A DNA stretch of 64,000 bases from an uncultured Desulfobulbaceae bacterium (GCA_965366875.1 CBDUGK010000007.1:758-64757); one strand, 5' to 3'; shown: positions 8,285 to 18,579, counted from the stretch's first letter. Notes: a model not told the origin generated them from the letters alone. Numbers and translations are program-made.

Positions 8285-10129
8285 TCAGAGCTTTTTCTCC
8301 ACGAGCTTGTCAAACACATAGGGAAGGCACTCTTCCTCTCTCATCGGCCTGCCGCTCAGCATCCGGTGCAGATCGAACCACTCCCTCCGATTGGCCGCAA
8401 CATAGGTATTGAGATCATGCATCTGGAGAAAATTCTCGGTCCGTTCGTCTATCTGCCTGCGGGCGGCATCGTAAAACCGCGGGAATCTTTTGATCAGGGC
8501 CTCGGCCCCGGCGATGTAATGTGACCATCTCCTGTCGTCGATGGCTATTTTCTCGATGCCATCCGTCTCTATCATCGTCTCGAATTCGGGGTTGTCAAAA
8601 AAGTCGATGAAAACGTCCATATAGAATTTGGTCATTTCCAGGACACTTGAGCCGAAAAATGAATTGAAGACGTCATCGTCAATATAGGCATCGGCCAGGT
8701 ACATCAGGTCCTTATCGACATAATTGTTGTTATACATCTCGGTGTAATCGCACATGCTGCGGACCACCGGCGCATTGCGGTGAAAGCCGATACAGTTGAT
8801 AACGATATCAGCCTCGATACGCCGGTCGTGATTGATGATCACGCCCTGTTCATAAAGCCCGGTAACGCTTCCGGACACGGTGTTCAGCTTGTTCAGGAAA
8901 TGAGCGATAAACCAGATGTCTGAAACACTGATGGTATGACCTTCATGCTTGATTTTGCCCATCCAGCACTCCGGCTGGGTTGCTCCGCTGCGGTCGTAGA
9001 GCTTTTTCCACAGCATCATATTCCTGATATTACTTTTTCTGTCGTGCTGAAAGTTCTCGTCATAAGGGGTGGCAAAATTGAGATAATCGATGATCTTCGG
9101 GCATACTGTGCCGTGCCGGCGGCAGACAACCGTTACGTGCTCTGCGCCATTTTCAAGGGCGGTACGACTGTTTTCGACGGCAAAGGCGCCCATACCGACA
9201 ATAACGACCCTTTTGCCCCGCCACTGGACATCGAGCGCTTCATCCGAAATACCCGAGGTGACGACGCCCCTGAAGAGGTGCTGATTTTCCCAGGTGACAA
9301 TGCGGGGGCTGCCGATCCGATCATTGACCGCGAGTATGATGCCTTTGCAGGCGATGGTTTTTGCCTTGTTGTTCCTGACCACGCTGACCCGGTACTGCCC
9401 CGCCCCTCCTTCGATCCGTTCCGCGCGAGTCCGTGTGTAGAGATGAGCGGATACCTCGGTGAAGAGCTGATGCAGATCCCTGAGGATCTCGGCAGTGGTG
9501 GAGTGATCCCGGTTCGCCCGGATCTTTTTGTCAAGCAGCCGGTACGCCCCTTCTGACGTGTTTACCTGTGAGGTGGCGTTGGCATATTTTGTCCAGATCC
9601 CCCCGGCGATGTCGCGCTCTTCAACCACACAAAACGACAATCCCTCCCTGGCCAGGCGATGGGCAGCGTAGAGGCCGGTAATTCCCGCCCCAACGACCAA
9701 TACATCGACTTGCTCCGGCAGATCCGTGCTGTTCCTGTTATCCAGATCGCCCTTGTCAAATGAAAATCGCTGTCGGCCATAGCGGTCAACCTGCGCAAAA
9801 ATATCAGCTGCCTCCGGCGAGTCCACCGGCACAATATCGAGGTGTGAACTTGCCAGGGCTGAAAAATCTCCGTCAACAACAAACAGCGCATGGGGATAAC
9901 AGGTTGACCTGATGGCCCGTAGTGAGGCGAGTACCTCGGAGACAAGTTGGGCTCGCTCCCCGGCGACAACATATACCTGGGGTGCATCACTGTACTGCCT
10001 GAGTCTGGCAACGACGGCGGCGCTGTCATCGCCGTTGACCGGGATGATGCGCTCAGCGGAAAGATCAATGGCGCTGAAGTTGACAATTCGTGGTTGGGAG
10101 AGCAGGGGGTTGACAATCGTTTCAGTCAC
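8285..10129 (-). CDS. FAD/NAD(P)-dependent monooxygenase (class B flavoprotein-like) with N-terminal extension
   Basis: VLVVGAGITGLYAA (FAD fold), VVIVGMGAFAVEN (second Rossmann), DIVINCIGF. The first about 150 aa have no motif I recognise. Confidence 0.7.
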   Translation of the reverse strand: MTETIVNPLLSQPRIVNFSAIDLSAERIIPVNGDDSAAVVARLRQYSDAPQVYVVAGERAQLVSEVLASLRAIRSTCYPHALFVVDGDFSALASSHLDIVPVDSPEAADIFAQVDRYGRQRFSFDKGDLDNRNSTDLPEQVDVLVVGAGITGLYAAHRLAREGLSFCVVEERDIAGGIWTKYANATSQVNTSEGAYRLLDKKIRANRDHSTTAEILRDLHQLFTEVSAHLYTRTRAERIEGGAGQYRVSVVRNNKAKTIACKGIILAVNDRIGSPRIVTWENQHLFRGVVTSGISDEALDVQWRGKRVVIVGMGAFAVENSRTALENGAEHVTVVCRRHGTVCPKIIDYLNFATPYDENFQHDRKSNIRNMMLWKKLYDRSGATQPECWMGKIKHEGHTISVSDIWFIAHFLNKLNTVSGSVTGLYEQGVIINHDRRIEADIVINCIGFHRNAPVVRSMCDYTEMYNNNYVDKDLMYLADAYIDDDVFNSFFGSSVLEMTKFYMDVFIDFFDNPEFETMIETDGIEKIAIDDRRWSHYIAGAEALIKRFPRFYDAARRQIDERTENFLQMHDLNTYVAANRREWFDLHRMLSGRPMREEECLPYVFDKLVEKKL

Positions 10130-10222
10130 ATTATCACCATTTATCTGAGGTTCTTATTAATCTGCTTTTAAAAGATTCGGGGACAGGATACACCATTTTC
10201 CGCCAGCATAGTGCGATTTAGA

Positions 10223-11086
10223 TCACTGCAGGCTTCGGTAGCGTTCTTCCTCCCGATAGTAGAGCGGAAATCCAACGACATCTTTCAATTGCTCAAAATC
10301 GGCAAGACCGGCTGGTGTCTCCCCCCGGCTCAATGCGGCCAGCGTCTGCTCTATTGCCGGCAGAACCGCGAGCAGCAGCGTAAGCGGATATGCCGCTATC
10401 TTGAATCCGATCTCCTCCAGCATGGCTGGTGAAAGAATCGGCGTTTTCCCGTGCTCCAGCATATTAGCCATTTTGGGGCCATCGGTGCAGCTGCAGAATT
10501 CAGCCATCTCTTCCTCCGATTCCGGGGCTTCCAGAAAGAGAATATCAGCACCGATCCGGCGAAAGGCCTGCATCCGCCGGACAGCCTCGGCCAGGCCGTC
10601 AGTGGCACGGGCATCGGTACGAGCCATGATCAGGATATCCGCGCCCTCCTCCCTTGCATCGACGGCGGCCTGCACCCGTCTGCAGGCAGCATCAAAATTC
10701 ACGACCTCTTTGCCGCGGGTGTGGCCGCAGCGCTTCGGCGCCACCTGATCCTCTATCATCACACAGGCAAGACCAGCGCCGGCGTATTCCCGCACCGTAC
10801 GCTTGACGTTGAGGGCATTGCCGTAGCCGGTGTCGCCGTCCCCTATTACGGGGATGGAAACAGCCCTGGTGATCATTCTCGCCTGATCCAGCATTTCCCC
10901 AAAACTGATCAAACCGGTGTCGGGCAGTGCAAGTCTGGCGGCTGATACCGCAAAGCCGCTCATGAAGGTGAGCGGAAATCCCGCCCGTTCAATCATCTTT
11001 GCAGAAAGAGCGTCATAGCAGCACGGCATGGTGATAATGGCAGGTTTCGCGAGTAATTCGCGCAGTCGCTTTGTCGGTAGATTCAT
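10223..11086 (-). CDS. isocitrate lyase/PEP mutase superfamily enzyme, lyase/decarboxylase branch
   Basis: GDGDTGYG and IEDQVAPKRCGHTRGKEVV (PrpB / oxaloacetate decarboxylase-type KRCGH motif). Start set to ATG 11086 so it does not overlap dctM. Confidence 0.8.
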   Translation of the reverse strand: MNLPTKRLRELLAKPAIITMPCCYDALSAKMIERAGFPLTFMSGFAVSAARLALPDTGLISFGEMLDQARMITRAVSIPVIGDGDTGYGNALNVKRTVREYAGAGLACVMIEDQVAPKRCGHTRGKEVVNFDAACRRVQAAVDAREEGADILIMARTDARATDGLAEAVRRMQAFRRIGADILFLEAPESEEEMAEFCSCTDGPKMANMLEHGKTPILSPAMLEEIGFKIAAYPLTLLLAVLPAIEQTLAALSRGETPAGLADFEQLKDVVGFPLYYREEERYRSLQ

Positions 11087-11093
11087 AACTTGA

Positions 11094-12365
11094 CTACAGT
11101 TTAAAGGGTATATAGAGGACGATGTCCGGTACCAGATAAATGGCGACGATCGTGCCAAACATGATGAGAATAAAGGGCCAGACACCGCGGACAACTTCGT
11201 TCAATTTCACCTTGCCAACCGCCTGGATTACAAAGAGATTCATACCCACCGGCGGAGTAATCAGGGCGCACTCGATCATCACCACGAAAAGGACTCCAAA
11301 CCAGATCGGGTCTATCATCATCGGACCCAGAGCCGGAAAAAGTACCGGCACCATTATCAGGAGCATCGAGATCGATTCCAGAAAAAAACCGATGAGGAGC
11401 AGCACCAGGCACACCACCACGATAAACGTTGCGGTGTCACCAATATTATTGGTTATCGCCAGGGAAATTTCCTGGGGTATGCGATAGAGGGTGATGGCTT
11501 TGCCAAAAACCTTGGCCCCTGCAATAATAAGGAAAATGGTCACGGTGGTTGCCATCGACTCCATAACCGCCACCTTCAACTTGGACCAGGTCATGGTCCG
11601 CAGGCTGAAGACGATGACTATCGAGACGACAAAACCCACTGCCGCCGACTCTGTCGGAGTAAAGACACCGAGATAAATGCCGCCGATCACAATAATTGCA
11701 AGAAGAAGCGTCGGCAAAGCCCGAATGCTCGCCTCCCTGCGCTCCCGCCAGCTTGATTTCGGGCTCGGTCGATAACCGCTGCCGAATCGAGCATAACCAA
11801 GACAGTACACAATAAAAAAAACCATCAACAGCAGCCCTGGACCAACACCGGCCATAAACAGGTCTACAATAGACTCCTCGGTGATTACCCCGTAAAGGAT
11901 CAGAGGAATTGAGGGTGGAATCAGGATGCCAAGGGTGCCGCCGGCGGCGAGAAGACCGAGGACAAAAGACCGGTTATAGCCCCGTTCTGTCATTTCCGGA
12001 ATGGCCACGGTGGCGATAGTGGCGGCAGTAGCAACAGAAGATCCTGAAATTGCAGAGAAAATCCCACAGCTGATGATCGTTGCGATACCGAGGCCTCCGG
12101 GCCAGTGACCAACCCAGCACTGTACGGCATTGAACAGGTCGCGGCCAACCCCGCCTTTCAGCAGAATGTTGGACATCAGCAAAAAGAGCGGGACTGCCAG
12201 CAGGACAAAACTGTCTGTCGTCGAATACAGAGCCTGGGGCACCATGACCATAGAGATGTCGGCAAGCCACAGCATAGCCAGACCCAGCCCGCCAAGGGCA
12301 AACGCCACCGGCACCCCAAAAAAGAGCAGGGCCAGGAGAACGATCAGAATCAAAGCCGCAGTCAT
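11094..12365 (-). CDS. dctM: TRAP transporter large permease
   Basis: 423 aa polytopic protein with DctM-type sequence. 4-nt overlap with the upstream small permease. Confidence 0.9.
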   Translation of the reverse strand: MTAALILIVLLALLFFGVPVAFALGGLGLAMLWLADISMVMVPQALYSTTDSFVLLAVPLFLLMSNILLKGGVGRDLFNAVQCWVGHWPGGLGIATIISCGIFSAISGSSVATAATIATVAIPEMTERGYNRSFVLGLLAAGGTLGILIPPSIPLILYGVITEESIVDLFMAGVGPGLLLMVFFIVYCLGYARFGSGYRPSPKSSWRERREASIRALPTLLLAIIVIGGIYLGVFTPTESAAVGFVVSIVIVFSLRTMTWSKLKVAVMESMATTVTIFLIIAGAKVFGKAITLYRIPQEISLAITNNIGDTATFIVVVCLVLLLIGFFLESISMLLIMVPVLFPALGPMMIDPIWFGVLFVVMIECALITPPVGMNLFVIQAVGKVKLNEVVRGVWPFILIMFGTIVAIYLVPDIVLYIPFKL

Positions 12366-12865
12366 TTCTTTCCCCCATCCTCGCAGATAACTGCAGGCCG
12401 GATAAACGTCTGTACCATTTCCACAAGCACCTGGAGCAGCAGCAGGCTGAAACCGATGGGGATAGCCAGTTCAGTCATCCACAGCGGTACACCAAGCATG
12501 GTTGATGAGGCCCGCCCGATACGGATCGATTCGAAAACAGTGGCGCTGCCGAACCAGATAGCAACCAGACAGAATACGGCAATCAGGGTTAGAGAAAAAA
12601 CCTCGCTGACAATGCGCAAGGGGGCAGGCAGTCGATCGCGAATGACCTGGATGGCAATGAGATGCCTGTTTTTCAGGACATAGGCCGCTGCCAGATAGGT
12701 TGCCCAGATCTGCAGAAAGCGTGACATCTCCTCAACCCAGATAGTCGGCTTGATGAAGACATAGCGCGCCACCACTTCAAAAATTATGATGCAGCCGATG
12801 GCAAAGTATAGCCAGGCTGCAACCCTGCCGCAGGCGCTGCTGATTTTGGAAATGAAAGCAAGCAT
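12362..12865 (-). CDS. dctQ: TRAP transporter small permease
   Basis: 167 aa, four hydrophobic segments, placed between dctP and dctM. Confidence 0.8.
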   Translation of the reverse strand: MLAFISKISSACGRVAAWLYFAIGCIIIFEVVARYVFIKPTIWVEEMSRFLQIWATYLAAAYVLKNRHLIAIQVIRDRLPAPLRIVSEVFSLTLIAVFCLVAIWFGSATVFESIRIGRASSTMLGVPLWMTELAIPIGFSLLLLQVLVEMVQTFIRPAVICEDGGKK

Positions 12866-12917
12866 CGATAATGTTTGGCGGGCCGCCGGCAGGGGCCCGC
12901 CGTTCCTTTTTATGGTA

Positions 12918-13904
12918 TTACTTTATGCCGCGGGCCGCATCAACTACCTGCTGGCCGAGAGGACCGGCGCTTTTAACAAAGGCCTCGACAACCGGGGTGG
13001 ATAGCTGCTGCCACTGGGCCAGCTGGTCGTCGGTCAGTTTCACCACATTAATCTTGTCCTTGACGAAGTCAAAAGCCTCGGCCTCAAGGGCAGTCATCTG
13101 GTCACGCAGTTCCTTCTCTACCTTCTGGGCAGCCGCTTCCATGATGCCCCTCTGTTCTTCACTCAGCTCCTGCCAGACCTTTTCATTGATGATGACAATG
13201 AATTCTATATCAACCATGGATTCGGTGGCGGTCAGATTATCCATCACCTGGAAAAGCTTACGGCTTTTGACTGCGGTAACCCCGGTAAGACCAACATCAA
13301 CCGTTCCCCTCTGGTAGGCGAGGAATTGCTCGGATCCGGAAATTGAAGTGGGAGCGCCGCCGGCAGCATTAATCAGTTCACCCAGGGTTTTGGAGAAAAC
13401 CCTGACTTTCTTGCCCTTGAGATCATCAGGGACAATTATGGGATCGCCTTTGCTGAGGATGACCGATCCGCCGTATGCCTGCCACCACATGACACGGGCA
13501 CCGGTAGCCAATATGGCATCATCAAGCGGCTGACGAACCGGGCTGCCCTTGGCCACCGCTTTGTTCAGGGCCTCCTGGCTGGAAAAGAGAAAGGGCACAT
13601 AGAAAAGATCAACCGCCGGGATGGTCCCGGCGAACTGGCTCACCGAAGCAACGCCCATTTCCACCGCACCGGAGGCGACGGCCTGGGGGACTTCACTGTC
13701 CTTGTACAACTGGGCTGAAGGGTAAATCTCCAGTTTGACCTCACCACCAGTTTTAGCAGCAACCTCGTCGGCAAAAGCCTGAACGTTCTTGCCAAGGTGG
13801 TGCGCTGCCGGGAGCTGAAGGGTCAGACGCAATACCTTCTCGGCCTGGGCAGAAGAAGCAATAAACAGCAGTATCGCTGTTGCCGTCATTATTTTCTTTA
13901 ACAT
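12918..13904 (-). CDS. dctP: TRAP transporter substrate-binding protein
   Basis: Signal peptide MLKKIMTATAILLFIASSAQA and DctP-family sequence. Start ATG 13904 is preceded by AAAGGAGAA. Confidence 0.9.
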   Translation of the reverse strand: MLKKIMTATAILLFIASSAQAEKVLRLTLQLPAAHHLGKNVQAFADEVAAKTGGEVKLEIYPSAQLYKDSEVPQAVASGAVEMGVASVSQFAGTIPAVDLFYVPFLFSSQEALNKAVAKGSPVRQPLDDAILATGARVMWWQAYGGSVILSKGDPIIVPDDLKGKKVRVFSKTLGELINAAGGAPTSISGSEQFLAYQRGTVDVGLTGVTAVKSRKLFQVMDNLTATESMVDIEFIVIINEKVWQELSEEQRGIMEAAAQKVEKELRDQMTALEAEAFDFVKDKINVVKLTDDQLAQWQQLSTPVVEAFVKSAGPLGQQVVDAARGIK

Positions 13905-14220
13905 ACCGATTTCTCCTTTTTTTTGATTATTGTAGTGAAGGAGCAATCGTATTGCCCCTCCCTTTCATGCCGAATACCGGCCCGTTCCCATGGCAAATTG
14001 CATGGGCAAATGCCAGGTATTTGTTAACAGCGGATGGGAATCCAGCAGATCGTGGTTTTATCTTTCAATTTGCAAAGATGGGCTTTAACCTTTACATTTC
14101 AGCTGATCACCTGTCAATTCAAATTCGATGGATTTTTCAGTAACAGCAAGGGAGTATTGTCTTTTCCATTTATCAAGACAAGCATACTTTCAACATACTT
14201 TTAGAAAGAGGCATCAGACG

Positions 14221-15357
14221 ATGATTAAAACAACCCATGTCGGCTCGCTCCCCCGTCCCGCCGCAATGATCACCAGACAGCTCAGGAAAGAGGTTCTCTC
14301 TGACGACGATCTGAAAACATATGTCCGGGAACTGATTGAGCGGCAGTTATCCCTCGGCTTGACATGTATAAATAACGGTGAGCTGCCCCGCTCTGACTAC
14401 ATATCCTCAACCGTTGAAAGAATCAGCGGGTTTAACCGGACATGCACCGCGCCGCTTCCCAGGGACCTCGAAGAGCTTCCGGAGTACGCCAGACGGTTCA
14501 GCGGCAGAAACGGTTTGATCATGCTTAACCCGAAAGCGCCGATAACATTGCCGGCCTGCTCGGAAGAGGTATCTTATACCGGAGAGACCTCGCTGCTCAA
14601 GGAACTGGAAATGATGACCGGGGCTTTCCGTGAAGCCGCCGATGGGGCGGACACGGCCGGCTCCTCGCTCTTTTTTACCGCCCCTTCACCGGGAACCGTC
14701 GCCCTGTTTCTGGAAAACCAGTACTATCCGGATTATGAAACCTACCTGCAGCAGCTGGGCATCGCCCTGCAGAAAGAATATGAAATTATTGCCTCTTACG
14801 GCATATCCCTGCAGATCGACTGCCCGGACCTGGCCATGGGGCGGCACACGCGCTACAAACATCTCAACGATAACCAGTTTCTCTCCCTGATTGAAACCAA
14901 CATCGCTGTTCTCAACAAAGCGCTGGAAAATATCGGTCAGGAGCAGTGCAGGGCCCATATCTGCTGGGGCAATTACCCCGGGACGCATCACTGCGATGTC
15001 GAGCTTGCCGCTATTTTCAAACACATCATGCGGCTGAAGCCGCAATACATCTCCCTTGAATCCTGCAACCATCGGCATGCCCATGAATATCAACTATTCA
15101 GGACACACAAGCTCCCGGCAGACAAAATTCTGATGCCCGGTGTCATCGACACCACCTCCAATACCGTCGAACACCCTGAGCTCGTTGCCCAACGGCTGCT
15201 GAATTTCATAAACATACTCGGCCCGGAGCGGGTAGTCGGCTCGACGGACTGCGGGTTTGCCTCAACCGCCTCGGCAACCTCCGTTTCAGGAGAAGTCGCC
15301 TGGCTTAAACTGCAGTCCCTGGTCGACGGGGCACGACTTGCAGAGAAACAATTGTAG
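14221..15357 (+). CDS. cobalamin-independent methionine synthase (MetE C-terminal domain)-like protein
   Basis: Starts MIKTTHVGSLPRP, typical of short MetE-like proteins. ATG 14221 with AGAAAGAGG upstream. Convergent with the PKS gene. Confidence 0.7.
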   Translation: MIKTTHVGSLPRPAAMITRQLRKEVLSDDDLKTYVRELIERQLSLGLTCINNGELPRSDYISSTVERISGFNRTCTAPLPRDLEELPEYARRFSGRNGLIMLNPKAPITLPACSEEVSYTGETSLLKELEMMTGAFREAADGADTAGSSLFFTAPSPGTVALFLENQYYPDYETYLQQLGIALQKEYEIIASYGISLQIDCPDLAMGRHTRYKHLNDNQFLSLIETNIAVLNKALENIGQEQCRAHICWGNYPGTHHCDVELAAIFKHIMRLKPQYISLESCNHRHAHEYQLFRTHKLPADKILMPGVIDTTSNTVEHPELVAQRLLNFINILGPERVVGSTDCGFASTASATSVSGEVAWLKLQSLVDGARLAEKQL

Positions 15358-15384
15358 CAGTTTCTCTACAAGCGGGGAATGTGC

Positions 15385-18345
15385 CTAGGCCGGTACTTTG
15401 GCAAGGATACGGTAGATTTCATCGACGAACTGGTCATAGAGGGGATGCTCAAAAAGGATGTCCGTATCGATCTCTATTGACAGGTTCGATTCCAGCTGCG
15501 ACAGCATCTGTGTCGCTCCCAGGGAGTCGAGCCCCTGGTCGGTCAATTCAATATCGGGATCAATCTCACCCACATTGGTAAGCTCCCGGAATAATCCGGC
15601 GATCATCGTGCCGATATCTTCTCTGCTCCTGACACTGCCGCCTGCTGTATCAACCTGCACCACGCCACACTGCTCCTCCAGAACCGCAACCAGAGAATCC
15701 AGGAGCGGATAGTCGAAAAGCAGATCTTCATCCAGTTCAACATTGAGCTTTTTCTGCAGCGTTCCGAGGAAATCGGTTGCGCTGAGGGAATCCAGCCCCT
15801 GGTCGGTCAACCCGATATCGGCTTCTATGGTTTCGATACCGGTAAGATCGTAGAATGTTTGAACGACAAGCTCACGCACCCCGGAGGTGTTGGCCGCAAC
15901 GCGGTTTTTCTCTGTTGCCTCAGCATTTTCAGGAGCCAATTGATAATAATTCTGCAGCGGGGCGCCGCGTTTGCGATCAAAGGGACTAACAAGCGCAGCC
16001 ATCTCTTTTCTGGCTGAGAGGTCCGCGCCGCTGATAATAATATGGGCGTTCGCTCCGCCGAAGCCGAAACTGCTTACCCCGGCAAGCGCCTGGGGATCGA
16101 CAGGGGTCGGTTTATCGACCACGCTGAGCATGTAAGAATCAAAATCAATAAATTTATTCGGCGTGTCAAAATGTATGTTCCCGGGAATGATCCCCTGGTT
16201 GAGAGCAAGGGCGGCCTTCAGCAATCCGGCTATTCCGGCGGCTGATTCAAGATGGCCCATATTTGACTTTACCGACCCCAGGTAGCAGGTGGTTTTCCTG
16301 TCTTTGGCGATGGTATTCTGGATTGCCGAAATTTCTATCGGGTCTCCGATCTTTGTACCGGTCCCATGACATTCCACATAGGCGATATCCGTCGGCTTGA
16401 CCTCTGCATCCCTGCAGGCCTCGAGTATAAGGTCCTCCTGGGCCGCCGGATGAGGAGCGGTAATGACCTGGGGCCTGGCACCATTCTGGTTGATTGATGA
16501 ACCGAGGACTTCGGCATAGTATTTTTCTACCAGATCCCTGTTGACCAGCAGCACCAGGCCGCCGCCCTCGGCGCGCACATAGCCGTTTGCCGAATCATCA
16601 AAGGCCTTGCAGCGCTGGTCTCTGGAGAGGAAACCGGAATCCCGCATACTGTGGGTAAAGCCATTTCCCAGTATCATATTTACGCCGCCGGCGATGGCAT
16701 AATCCACCCTGCCCGCTTCAATATCCTTGCAGGCATAATGCACGGCGAGCAGAGATGAGGAGCAGGCCGTATTGGCAACCCAGCTGGGACCCCGCAGGTC
16801 GTAATGATAACTGATCCGTGAAGCGATTATGCTCGGGTTCGTGCCGGTCGGATAATAGACAGAATCCCTGTTCCCGGGATACTCCTCATTCCAGGCCCCG
16901 ATATAAACACCGACCCGGTTTTTATCCAGTGCCGCAATGTCAATGCCACTGTCCCTGAAGAGCATCTCCGTCAGCTCAAGCGCCAGGATCTGCTGGGGGT
17001 CCATGCTCCGCGCTTCAGCTTCGGAGATGTTGAAATAGCGATGGTCAAAGCGGGAAACAACGGAATCGAGAAAACCGGCCTCAAAATCACCCCGCAGCGG
17101 ATCACCCCCAACCTGGTCCTCGCCGCTGTTCAGGCTGCTCCAGTATTGCGGCAGGGTTTCAACCGAAGACGGGAACCTGCAGCTCATTGCTGAAATGACT
17201 ACCCGGTTTCTCCGGAACTGGCGGTTCGCTGTAACCTTTTTCTCCGGAGATGCTCCAAACTCGTCGATCAACTGCTGTACGCTCTTGTATCGATAAAAAT
17301 CCTGCGGTGCCAGAAACGGGAAATACGGCTGCAACAGGGCTGCAAACTCGACAAAAACAAGAGAGGTGAACTCCTGGTAGGCAAGCGGGAGGTTAAAATC
17401 AAGGCCCGGCCTGAACGACTCGGTCACCGCTCTCAGTTCAGCAGTGAGATTGGCCTGTTCCAGTTTTTTGCGCTGGAACAGTATCCATGCCGCTTCGTCT
17501 TCACCACGGTACATCGAGGAAGCATAGCGATACTCAGCAAAAACGTCGCAGCATTTTTTCAGCACCGGGTGAAAACCGATCTCAATAACTGTGATATCAT
17601 CGCCATCGAACCGCTCATTGATCGCCGCCAGCGAAGAGATAAAATCTATCGGCTTCGACAACCAGTTCTGCCAGTGGTCGTCCGCCAGAGATACTTCGAA
17701 CTGCCCGGTAACCCCGGAAACAAAGAGAACGGAACCGGCACTCCGGGAAGAAACAGTCTTGAACGCGGAAAGATAGTTTCGGTAGAGCGGGTGGTGCCAG
17801 GGATGGGCGGGCTTCATTTTGACAAAGCCTTCGTGGCGATCAAGAAAATCCTGCATCTCTTCGCTGTTTCCGCTGACCGTTATGTGGATCCGGTCGCCTG
17901 ACAGAAAATTTCGGGAGGAAAGCGAAACATCGAGTCCGGCTATCTGTTCTTCGCTCATGAAGCCATGCAGCATGGTCCCTTCCAGTTTTCCTGCCACCTG
18001 GCCGATCTCATGGGTGAGCAGAAGGATCTCTTCCAGTGAATAGATTCCGGCCTGATAAGCGGCGGTCAGCTCTCCGACACTGTGGCCGACAACAGCGTCC
18101 GGACTGTAGCCCCAGCGAATCCATATATCAGACAGACAGATCTCGGTTGCAACCGTCACAATCGGGCTGGAGGGGCAGCGATGCCTGTCCTTGTCTCCAT
18201 CCCAGATTTCCTCGAGGTCAATAGCCAGTTTGTTCTGGAGAATTTCTGATATCTCTGCCCAGCGGGGAGATGTTTTAATGATTTTCAGGCTGCTTTGGCT
18301 GCTTTTTGTTCCCTCTCCGGAATAGAGAAAAACGACTTTTTTCAT
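15385..18345 (-). CDS. type I polyketide synthase, domain order AT - linker - KS - ACP - ACP
   Basis: Numbering from the ORF start at 18384. AT GHSVGE (Ser102). KS NTACSSS (Cys541), ECHGTGT, NMGHLE. Carrier motifs LDSLS (Ser866) and LDSLG (Ser954). No KR/DH/ER/TE. Likely start ATG 18345 (MKKVVFLYSGEG). Confidence 0.9.
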   Translation of the reverse strand: MKKVVFLYSGEGTKSSQSSLKIIKTSPRWAEISEILQNKLAIDLEEIWDGDKDRHRCPSSPIVTVATEICLSDIWIRWGYSPDAVVGHSVGELTAAYQAGIYSLEEILLLTHEIGQVAGKLEGTMLHGFMSEEQIAGLDVSLSSRNFLSGDRIHITVSGNSEEMQDFLDRHEGFVKMKPAHPWHHPLYRNYLSAFKTVSSRSAGSVLFVSGVTGQFEVSLADDHWQNWLSKPIDFISSLAAINERFDGDDITVIEIGFHPVLKKCCDVFAEYRYASSMYRGEDEAAWILFQRKKLEQANLTAELRAVTESFRPGLDFNLPLAYQEFTSLVFVEFAALLQPYFPFLAPQDFYRYKSVQQLIDEFGASPEKKVTANRQFRRNRVVISAMSCRFPSSVETLPQYWSSLNSGEDQVGGDPLRGDFEAGFLDSVVSRFDHRYFNISEAEARSMDPQQILALELTEMLFRDSGIDIAALDKNRVGVYIGAWNEEYPGNRDSVYYPTGTNPSIIASRISYHYDLRGPSWVANTACSSSLLAVHYACKDIEAGRVDYAIAGGVNMILGNGFTHSMRDSGFLSRDQRCKAFDDSANGYVRAEGGGLVLLVNRDLVEKYYAEVLGSSINQNGARPQVITAPHPAAQEDLILEACRDAEVKPTDIAYVECHGTGTKIGDPIEISAIQNTIAKDRKTTCYLGSVKSNMGHLESAAGIAGLLKAALALNQGIIPGNIHFDTPNKFIDFDSYMLSVVDKPTPVDPQALAGVSSFGFGGANAHIIISGADLSARKEMAALVSPFDRKRGAPLQNYYQLAPENAEATEKNRVAANTSGVRELVVQTFYDLTGIETIEADIGLTDQGLDSLSATDFLGTLQKKLNVELDEDLLFDYPLLDSLVAVLEEQCGVVQVDTAGGSVRSREDIGTMIAGLFRELTNVGEIDPDIELTDQGLDSLGATQMLSQLESNLSIEIDTDILFEHPLYDQFVDEIYRILAKVPA

Positions 18346-18579
18346 ATGGCATTCCTTTATCTCAAAAGCATAAAAAAAAACCACCTGCTAAAGCGGTGGT
18401 TTCACGTATCGTTTTAGCGGAACTTTTAAGGCGCTCGCAATTTGATTTAAATCAGCGCATACAACTCTATAATGTGCCATTCGACGCTGTTGTCAAGAGG
18501 AGTACCTGCGCTTAACGCTGAACGATTGCCTCTGAACATTGAGCTCACTCAATATCCGGGGCGCCGCTCAACCTGACAG

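Noticed and set aside
10223-11086. PEP mutase, and hence a phosphonate biosynthetic cluster next to the PKS.
   Set aside because: The active-site loop reads EDQVAPKRCGH, the lyase/decarboxylase signature. It lacks the EDK...NS-type loop I associate with true PEP mutases, and no phosphonopyruvate decarboxylase gene is nearby.
13947-14220. Possible cobalamin or SAM riboswitch upstream of the MetE-like gene.
   Set aside because: Only a short GGGAATCC-like stretch is present. I could not find a B12 box or the paired elements of either riboswitch class.
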